A stretch of DNA of 64,000 nt, taken from positions 32,001 to 96,000 of the forward strand of contig CAZFHY010000002.1 in assembly GCA_964519305.1 (NCBI GenBank). Direction: 5' to 3'. The notes beneath the pieces are model-generated. The model ran no database searches and was not told the DNA's origin. It saw only the letters and a program-made list of their open reading frames with translations. A program made the position numbers and the translations under genes. Of the stretch, positions 57,210 to 64,000 are shown in pieces. The stretch is from Candidatus Undinarchaeota archaeon. Its GTDB lineage: Archaea > SpSt-1190 > JASMDC01. The first letter of the stretch is position 1, and every line of letters starts with the position of its first letter.

Positions 57210-58187
57210 ATGGTAGATCCGTTCTACCCTGTCCAGGTCCTGGCGGACCGGACGGTCCTAGCTCTCCTCGGGACCGGCGAAGGTCCCGCTGCAGCAGCGC
57301 TGAACTTCTTCCTCTACGATACTGTGAAGATACTCCTGCTTCTCTTCGTGATGATCGCTGCTATCGGCGTGCTGCGGACATATCTGCCCCGCAAGCGGGT
57401 GAAGGAATGGCTGACGCGGGGGCCTCCCGGCCGGGGGAACGTGCTCGCTGCGGTGTTCGGTGCGATTTCTCCCTTCTGCTCGTGCTCCTCTGTCCCCATC
57501 TTCATCGGATTCATGGAAGCGGGCATTCCGCTCGGGATCGCATTTTCCTTCCTCATCACCTCACCGCTCATCAACGAGTACATAGCCATCATCATGCTCG
57601 GCGAGTTCGGCTGGCGTATCACAGCAGCGTACATCGCGAGCGGAATGACGATCGGTATCGTCGCGGGCATGGTGTTGGGCCGTATGGGGCTGGAAGTGCA
57701 CCTTGTCGAGGACCTCGTGTCGCCTGACGAGGAGCTGGATGACGAGGAGTTCGGTTCCATGAGAGAGCGTGTGGACTTCGGCCTGGAAGAGGCCCGCGAT
57801 ATCGTGGGTAAGGTATGGCGCTGGGTCGTGGCGGGCGTCGCGATCGGTGCGTTCCTCCATGGCTATGTACCAGCAGAGACCATCCAGGGCATCATCTCGA
57901 GGGGCGGTGTGTTCATGGTCCCGATCGCCACGGCCCTTGGAGTTCCGCTCTACGCCAACTGCAGCGCAGTGGTCCCTATCGCCGTGGTGCTCTTTCAGAA
58001 GGGCGTACCCCTGGGCACGGCACTCGCCTTTATGATGGCAACGGCAGCCCTCTCCGTCCCCGAGGCCGTCATCCTCCGACGGGCAATGAAGCTACCTCTG
58101 ATACTGGTGTTCTTCGGTACCGTCGCGGCCGGTATAGTTGTCACAGGCTACCTGTTCAACGTGCTGCAGGTCGTGCTCATCGGTTGA
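57210..58187 (+). CDS. arsP: ArsP/DUF318 family permease
   Basis: FFLYDT.KI, PFCSCS.VP, SPL.NE, P.Y, S.PE. Confidence 0.88.
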   Translation: MVDPFYPVQVLADRTVLALLGTGEGPAAAALNFFLYDTVKILLLLFVMIAAIGVLRTYLPRKRVKEWLTRGPPGRGNVLAAVFGAISPFCSCSSVPIFIGFMEAGIPLGIAFSFLITSPLINEYIAIIMLGEFGWRITAAYIASGMTIGIVAGMVLGRMGLEVHLVEDLVSPDEELDDEEFGSMRERVDFGLEEARDIVGKVWRWVVAGVAIGAFLHGYVPAETIQGIISRGGVFMVPIATALGVPLYANCSAVVPIAVVLFQKGVPLGTALAFMMATAALSVPEAVILRRAMKLPLILVFFGTVAAGIVVTGYLFNVLQVVLIG

Positions 58188-58193
58188 AGGGGG

Positions 58194-58928
58194 CTAGTAT
58201 TCTCTCTCCTCGGTGTAGGGTATACCTGTGATGCCGAGCTCCTTCTCGGCCTTGCGCATGAACTCGAGCAGTCCCGGTAGCTCTGAGTCGTAGTGGCCGA
58301 GGAACACGACATTGAGCCCAGCCTCCTCGCAGCTGAGCAGTCCGTGGTACGAGCGCTCTCCTGTGACCAGGGTGTCGAGCCCCAGGGACTGCGCTTCGGC
58401 GACGACGTGACCCTTGGCACCACTACCTGTGACCACTCCTACACGGCGCACACCGCGGTCCGCCATGTGGACCGAGGCTGTGCTCATGCCTGCTAGGGCC
58501 TTGTGGAACGCCTCCGGATCGGTGGTCCCGTACACTCCCGCCTCGAATCCATCGAAAAATGCGAACCGGCCCTCGACCTTCACACCAAGGCGCTCGGCAA
58601 GCACGGGACCGTTGAAGACCGCGTCCAGTGGGAGATGGGCGGAGTATAGTGAGATATCGTTCGCGAGCAGCTTGCGGACCTTGCGTGCGACCGCACCTGT
58701 TATCCTAGGAATAGGACCATAGGTGATTGGGTGGTGTGTGACCAGAAGGTCGGCCCCTTCCTTCGCCGCGAACTCCACGGCACCCTCGGTGACGTCCAGG
58801 GCGAAGCACACCCGCTCGACGTCCTTCGATCCCTCGACATAGAGGTAGCTGACCTTCTCCGGGCAGATGGGGATCTCGAGCACATCGTTAGCGAACGACA
58901 GGAACCTGGTGAGCGGGATCGATGTCAT
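58194..58928 (-). CDS. Nif3-like dinuclear metal center protein
   Basis: ALD, THHP, HLPLD, TGSG, TGE, GHY.SE. Confidence 0.9.
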   Translation of the reverse strand: MTSIPLTRFLSFANDVLEIPICPEKVSYLYVEGSKDVERVCFALDVTEGAVEFAAKEGADLLVTHHPITYGPIPRITGAVARKVRKLLANDISLYSAHLPLDAVFNGPVLAERLGVKVEGRFAFFDGFEAGVYGTTDPEAFHKALAGMSTASVHMADRGVRRVGVVTGSGAKGHVVAEAQSLGLDTLVTGERSYHGLLSCEEAGLNVVFLGHYDSELPGLLEFMRKAEKELGITGIPYTEEREY

Positions 58929-58972
58929 GGAGTGTGTTCGACCGCTCAGGAATAAAAGTGCTACGTGCGCGC

Positions 58973-60376
58973 TCACTCCTCGTCAGGATCGTCCTCATCC
59001 TTCTCATCGGCGTCGCCGTCCTTTTGAGGTTCCTGATCATCTTCGTCGTCCTTCTGTTCGGTGGTCCCGCCAAGGAGGGCGATCATCAGCGATACACCAA
59101 GCCCCGGGAACAACGGATCGATAGCTGCAGGGGAAGTGAGCTTCCAGAGCACCGCGATCCCCGCACCTCCCACGATGGCGCCAACTGCCGCACGCTCAGG
59201 AAGGCGCTTTCCGAGTAGGAAGGCACCTGTGGGGACGGCGACACCGGAGATCCATACTGTGAGGAGGAAGATAAGGGCCGGAACGACCTGCTGGAACGCA
59301 AGGGCCAGCCCAAGGCTCACGACCGCGAGCAGGACGATGCATACCCGGATGGCTTTGACCGTGCCCGCCTCATCGAGGGATAGACGCTCTCTGAGCACAT
59401 CGTGTCCCAGTGAGCTCGCACCTGCATGGAGAAATGAATCAGCTGTGCTCATTATCGCAGCCAGCAATCCCACGAAGAAGAACGCTGCAAGCGCAGGGGG
59501 GAGTACTTGTTGTCCCAGCGCAAAGATGGCCTGGTCCGGATCCTCGACCTCTACGGTCGATGCGGCAACAAGGCCCGATGAAAGCACGCACAGGTCGATG
59601 GCGACCCAGATGGTGACGGATAGCACGAGCACGTTACGGATGTTGACGTCCTCGCGGGCTGCGAAGAACCGCTGGAACAATGGTGCCGAGGTCACAGGGA
59701 AAAGGAAGAGCAGCAGCGACCAAACGGCGATCTCCTGACCGGTAAGGTAGGCCATGGGATCGAAGTACTCGGGCGCGAGGGCCTGGGTGAAGTCCGGTGT
59801 ACCACGCACAGCAAAGAGAGCAAGAAGGACCATGGCCACAGCCATCAACACGAACTGAATCAGATCCGAGAACACAACCGCGCGCATACCGCCCATTAAT
59901 GTGTAGAGGGCTATCACCGTCGTTACCAGCACCATCGCGTGCGTCAGTGCCAGTTGCGGGAGGAGGAATCCAACGAGCTTTCCACCTGCGATGATGGATT
60001 CTGGCACGAGGCACAGAACGGCGAGAAGCACGGATGCCGCTGCGGCGGTCCCCCTTCCATGTTCCTTCCCTAGGAGATCGGGGAGGGTGTATGCTTCTAC
60101 TCCCTCAAGTCTGCGCAGGACGAGCACGAGCGACAGGGTTCCTAGATAGAACGGGACCATGAACCAGAGTGCACCGAGACCGAGCTGGTAGGTCAACGAT
60201 GCTCCGCCGATAACGGCGCTGGCACCGTAGAAGGTCGCGACGACGCTGGCAACGAGGAGGTGGAACGACAGGGACCTGTCCGCTAGGATGAAGTCACCGC
60301 TCGCCTCGTTCCCGCGCGTCCGGAGGCCGATGGCCAGAAGGATTATTATGTATCCGATGAGTAGCAACTCGTACAT
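58973..60376 (-). CDS. Sodium:solute symporter family protein
   Basis: F..A.R, YT..GG..AV..SD..Q, QRFFAA, AA.MSTADS; ATG 60376. Confidence 0.9.
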   Translation of the reverse strand: MYELLLIGYIIILLAIGLRTRGNEASGDFILADRSLSFHLLVASVVATFYGASAVIGGASLTYQLGLGALWFMVPFYLGTLSLVLVLRRLEGVEAYTLPDLLGKEHGRGTAAAASVLLAVLCLVPESIIAGGKLVGFLLPQLALTHAMVLVTTVIALYTLMGGMRAVVFSDLIQFVLMAVAMVLLALFAVRGTPDFTQALAPEYFDPMAYLTGQEIAVWSLLLFLFPVTSAPLFQRFFAAREDVNIRNVLVLSVTIWVAIDLCVLSSGLVAASTVEVEDPDQAIFALGQQVLPPALAAFFFVGLLAAIMSTADSFLHAGASSLGHDVLRERLSLDEAGTVKAIRVCIVLLAVVSLGLALAFQQVVPALIFLLTVWISGVAVPTGAFLLGKRLPERAAVGAIVGGAGIAVLWKLTSPAAIDPLFPGLGVSLMIALLGGTTEQKDDEDDQEPQKDGDADEKDEDDPDEE

Positions 60377-60452
60377 GGGGGACGCACCTGATGGCGCTCC
60401 AATGAGCAATATTATAAGCTTCTCCCTCACCGTACAGCCTGCGTGATGGTGG

Positions 60453-61478
60453 ATGGGTGAGAAGATCAGCGAGCCCATGATCCGTATGACGGGGCTCTCA
60501 AAACACTTCGGCGAGCTGAAAGCGGTCGATGATGTCTCTCTCGAGGTCGCCAAGGGCGAAGTTTTCGGCCTCCTGGGACCCAATGGTGCGGGCAAGACCA
60601 CAGCCATCTCCGTACTCTGCACACTCCTGGCGCCCACTGCGGGGGCAGGGATTGTCAACGGCTTCGACGTCGTAGGGGATCCTCTCGAGGTTCGGAAATC
60701 CATCGGTGTGGTGTTCCAGGACCCGAGCCTCGATACGAAGCTCACAGCACGGGAAAACCTGACTCTTCACGCCATGCTCTACGATGTACCGAATGACCTT
60801 GCTGCACGACGTATTGCTGAAGTGCTGGAGCTTGTGGAGCTGACGGACGATGCCGATCGGGATGTCAAGACGTTCTCGGGAGGCATGAAGCGTCGGCTGG
60901 AGATCGCCCGCGGCCTCATCCATCACCCCCAACTGCTCTTCCTGGACGAACCCACACTCGGGCTCGATCCCCAGACCCGCCACCACATCTGGGAGCACGT
61001 CCGCACCCTGAACAAGGAGAAGGACGTCACCATAATCCTCACCACGCATTATATGGACGAGGCGGACGCGCTCTGCGACCGCATAGCCGTCATAGACCAC
61101 GGACGGATCGTGGCCATGGGCTCACCGACGGAGCTCAAGGAGGGGGTGGGCGGTGATCTGATAACCGTAGAGACCGCTTCCGGGAACGACGTGGCCGTCG
61201 CCAGGACCGCATTGGATAGGCTTGACGGCGTGCTCGACGTGGACGAGAGCGATGGGAAGCTAATGGTCACGGCCAAGGGCGGCGACACCCTGATCCCCCT
61301 CGTAGTGGACGCGTGTCGGGATGCCAAGGTCCGTATCCGCTCGGTGAACCTCCGAACCCCCACGCTCAATGACGTGTTCCTGAAGCATACCGGCACCGAC
61401 CTCAGGGCCGAGAACGGGGATGCTATGGACCACATCCGGCAGATCGTACACAGGAGGGATGGCCGATCTCGGAGATAA
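60453..61478 (+). CDS. ABC transporter ATP-binding protein (DrrA-like)
   Basis: GPNGAGKT, FSGGMKRRLE, LDEPT.GLDP, TTHYM.EA. Confidence 0.95.
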   Translation: MGEKISEPMIRMTGLSKHFGELKAVDDVSLEVAKGEVFGLLGPNGAGKTTAISVLCTLLAPTAGAGIVNGFDVVGDPLEVRKSIGVVFQDPSLDTKLTARENLTLHAMLYDVPNDLAARRIAEVLELVELTDDADRDVKTFSGGMKRRLEIARGLIHHPQLLFLDEPTLGLDPQTRHHIWEHVRTLNKEKDVTIILTTHYMDEADALCDRIAVIDHGRIVAMGSPTELKEGVGGDLITVETASGNDVAVARTALDRLDGVLDVDESDGKLMVTAKGGDTLIPLVVDACRDAKVRIRSVNLRTPTLNDVFLKHTGTDLRAENGDAMDHIRQIVHRRDGRSRR

Positions 61479-62218
61479 GGGGCATCTACACGATCTGGCT
61501 GCGGGAGATGATGCGCTACTCCAGAGAGAAGGTCCGTGTGGTATCCTCGCTGGCCATGCCGCTGTTCTTCCTCTTCTTCATCGGTTCGGGGCTGAACACG
61601 GCCTTCGCTGCTGAACGGTATGGCGTCGATTATCTCCAGTTCATGTTCCCCGGTATCCTCGCCATGTCCCTGCTGTTCACGTCCATCGGCTCGGGGCTGT
61701 CCGTGATCTGGGACCGTGAGTTCGGTTTCATGCGCGAGATCCTGGTGGCGCCTATCCGACGAACGTCAGTAGTGGTGGGCAAGCTCCTGGGGGGCACCTC
61801 TGTGGCCATGATCCAGGGCACCCTGCTCCTGCTGACTGCACCGCTCCTGGGGCTCCGCATTCCCCTGGCAGCGGTCCCTGGGATCCTGGGGACCATGGCG
61901 CTCATCTCATCGGGCATAGTCGGTCTGGGCCTGCTCATCGCCGCCCTCTCCGAGTCATTTGAGGGGCACTCGGTGATCATGACGTTCATCGTCATGCCCA
62001 TGTTCATCCTGTCAGGGGCCTTTTTTCCAATCGACCGGCTCCCCTCGTGGCTGGCGGTCCTGGTGGCCGTTGATCCGCTCTCCTACGGCGTGGACCTCCT
62101 GCGCCACCTCATGCTCGGGACAGGGGCCAACAGCATCGCGCTCAATGTGGGGGCTATGGTGTGCTTCTCCGTGGCGACCATCGCCGCCTGCACCAGGGCC
62201 TTCGAACGGGAGATGTAG
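61466..62218 (+). CDS. ABC-2 permease (DrrB-like)
   Basis: PGI.AM, DREFG....LVAP, LSGAFFP, PL.YGVD; conserved-looking GIYTIWLRE lies upstream of the first ATG (61508). Confidence 0.9.
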   Translation: MSEIRGIYTIWLREMMRYSREKVRVVSSLAMPLFFLFFIGSGLNTAFAAERYGVDYLQFMFPGILAMSLLFTSIGSGLSVIWDREFGFMREILVAPIRRTSVVVGKLLGGTSVAMIQGTLLLLTAPLLGLRIPLAAVPGILGTMALISSGIVGLGLLIAALSESFEGHSVIMTFIVMPMFILSGAFFPIDRLPSWLAVLVAVDPLSYGVDLLRHLMLGTGANSIALNVGAMVCFSVATIAACTRAFEREM

Positions 62219-62343
62219 GGCCGCATCGCCGGGGCACCAAGAATAAAATATAGCTAGGTAGTATAGCCCAACACGTTATCGGGTACGAGATCATGACGTA
62301 CGATGTGATCTACGAGACACTGCGGGAATAGGTACGGTACACG

Positions 62344-63720
62344 TCATTCTTCTGCAGGGAGCCCGTTATTCTTGATGACTTGTGCATACCACAGTGCCGA
62401 GTCCTTTGGTATGCGACGCTGTGTGACGTAATCCACGTATACGATACCGAACCGCTGACTGTACCCCCGCTCCCATTCGAAATTATCCATGAGCGACCAC
62501 GCGTAGTACCCTCGCACGTCGACACCCTCCTCGATGGCGCGATGCACCTGGGAAAGGTGATCGCGGAGGAAGGTGAGGCGACGTGGATCGCGGATCCTGT
62601 CGTCAGGACCTATCTGGTCGGGGAAGGCGGCGCCGTTCTCTGTGATGTAGATCGGGATGGAGTAATAGTCGCGGTCCAGACGGACGAGGATGTCATGTAT
62701 CCCCTCGGGAGTCACATCCCACCCCATGGTCGTGTGCTCGCCCTCCTGTGGAATGTCGGTGAGCTGGAGGGGTCCGTCACGTGACGCGCGGATGACCTGA
62801 CGGAAGTAGTAGTTAACTCCAAGGAAGTCGATAGGTTCGGCCAGCGTCTCCACCTCGGAAGTGGACACCAGCGGCAGGGCCCCTTGGTGACGGTACCACT
62901 CTACCATGTCCGTGGGGTACGCTCCCGCGAGGAGCGGATCGAGGAACCAGCGATTGAAGAACCCATCGAACCTGCGGGCAGCGGCCACGTCCTGCTCACG
63001 GCCCGAAGCAGGAGTAGCAGGAGTGAGGTTCAGCACGATTCCGATGTCCCCCGTGAGCCCGGTGTCACGGAAGGCGGCCACAGCTCTTGCATGTGCGAGC
63101 AGAACGTTGTGCGCTACCACCAGAGCGGTGGACAGGTCCTTCACACCGGGAGCATGGTCGCCGATGAGGTTGCCCTTCATGGCCACGCACCAGGGCTCGT
63201 TGATGGTGGCCCATCGCGGGACGAGGTCGCCCAGCTCCTTATAGCATGTCCTGGCGTATCGGACAAAAGCGTCCACTGTGTCCTGAGATGTCCAGCCACC
63301 ACGCTCCTGGAGCTTAAGTGGCAGGTCCCAGTGATATAGGGTGACCATAGGTGAGATGCCTGCTTCATGCAGCCCTTCCAGAAGACGGCGATAGAACGCC
63401 AGTCCCTCTGGATTGATCTCACCATCACCTCCGGGTACGATGCGTGGCCAGGCCAATGACAGACGATAGGTCTGCAGGCCAAGCTCCCGCATCAGCGCGA
63501 TGTCCTCGCGCCACCGGTGGTAATGGTCACAGGCCACATCGCCGGAATCCCCTCCCTCTATGGTACTGGGGGAACGGCAGAATGCATCCCAGATGGAAGG
63601 GGCACGGCCGTCCTCGCTGACCGCGCCCTCTATCTGGTAGGCAGCTGTCGCTGCACCCCAGAGAAAGCCCTCAGGGAAGCTGAGCGTTCGCCCGGACCGC
63701 GCGTCGTCGGGCGCTCTCAC
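62344..63720 (-). CDS. GH1 beta-glucosidase
   Basis: F.WG.ATA.YQ.EG, TLYHWDLP, T.NEP acid/base, ITENG nucleophile, WS..DNFEW. Confidence 0.96.
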   Translation of the reverse strand: MRAPDDARSGRTLSFPEGFLWGAATAAYQIEGAVSEDGRAPSIWDAFCRSPSTIEGGDSGDVACDHYHRWREDIALMRELGLQTYRLSLAWPRIVPGGDGEINPEGLAFYRRLLEGLHEAGISPMVTLYHWDLPLKLQERGGWTSQDTVDAFVRYARTCYKELGDLVPRWATINEPWCVAMKGNLIGDHAPGVKDLSTALVVAHNVLLAHARAVAAFRDTGLTGDIGIVLNLTPATPASGREQDVAAARRFDGFFNRWFLDPLLAGAYPTDMVEWYRHQGALPLVSTSEVETLAEPIDFLGVNYYFRQVIRASRDGPLQLTDIPQEGEHTTMGWDVTPEGIHDILVRLDRDYYSIPIYITENGAAFPDQIGPDDRIRDPRRLTFLRDHLSQVHRAIEEGVDVRGYYAWSLMDNFEWERGYSQRFGIVYVDYVTQRRIPKDSALWYAQVIKNNGLPAEE

Positions 63721-63742
63721 AGCGTACTATCACCCGTCCGCG

Positions 63743-64000
63743 CTAGATACAGTCGTGGTTGGTCTTGCACTCTTCCTCGGTATCACCATAGCAGAGGATC
63801 TTACACCCGTACTCATGGGACCAATCACTGCAGTCGGTATCTGCTGTGAAATCGGCACGGACCTCGCTGTCGGCAACCCGGCTGAGGAACTTCAGGTACA
63901 CGCGGCAATCGCACTTGGTGAGCGTCCTGCCTTTAAGATATTCGTCAATATCGATCAGGAACAGACCCGTCTCGGGGGTCACTATTGTAGCGTATACTTC
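63743..64000 (-). CDS. Hypothetical Cys-containing protein, C-terminal part (start lies beyond the right edge)
   Basis: Open frame to the window edge ending ...EECKTNHDCI*. Confidence 0.45.
   Translation of the reverse strand, partial: EVYATIVTPETGLFLIDIDEYLKGRTLTKCDCRVYLKFLSRVADSEVRADFTADTDCSDWSHEYGCKILCYGDTEEECKTNHDCI

Noticed and set aside
62293-62331. 12-codon ORF MTYDVIYETLRE
   Set aside because: Too short to assign; may be chance or an unidentifiable relic
1-64000. Many long antisense or alternative-frame ORFs in the track (e.g. 6858-7622, 26372-27109, 42667-43548)
   Set aside because: They are shadow ORFs of GC-rich genes with clear family motifs in another frame
1-64000. CRISPR arrays, IS elements, rRNA or tRNA genes, inteins
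   Set aside because: No spaced repeats, transposase or integrase motifs, rRNA-length non-coding tracts or intein motifs were seen

Overview
GC-rich archaeal chromosomal window. TFE, Cdc6/Orc1, archaeal PyrH, SepF, a PRC-barrel protein and 'GQxAMEYLMTYGW' class III signal-peptide pilins suggest a DPANN-like archaeon, possibly Undinarchaeota; this is tentative. It holds about 65 CDS and no rRNA, tRNA, CRISPR array or transposase that I can support. Housekeeping content: polB 5' part, tfe, hutU, HDAC, thpR, pyrH, cdc6, beta-CASP nuclease, prs, nrdG, a xanthine-dehydrogenase-family trio, ABC/MATE/SSS transporters and a GH1 glucosidase. Most notable observations: (1) a 12-kb locus combining a degenerate tetraether-synthase-like radical SAM, a U32 pair, a B12 radical SAM, three GT-C-like membrane proteins and an ABC exporter; (2) a circularly permuted PafA-type alkaline phosphatase whose moved module is bracketed by a 20-bp direct repeat; (3) an unannotated box C/D sRNA whose guide predicts 2'-O-methylation of SSU rRNA C1402; (4) a tandem pilin pair flanked by a duplicated xdh 3' end, with a nearby pilin pseudogene; (5) an arsEFG-like/arsR/acr3/arsP cluster with a hidden 47-aa Cys-rich peptide and a repeat operator. 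All calls come from motif recognition by eye; no database searches were run.
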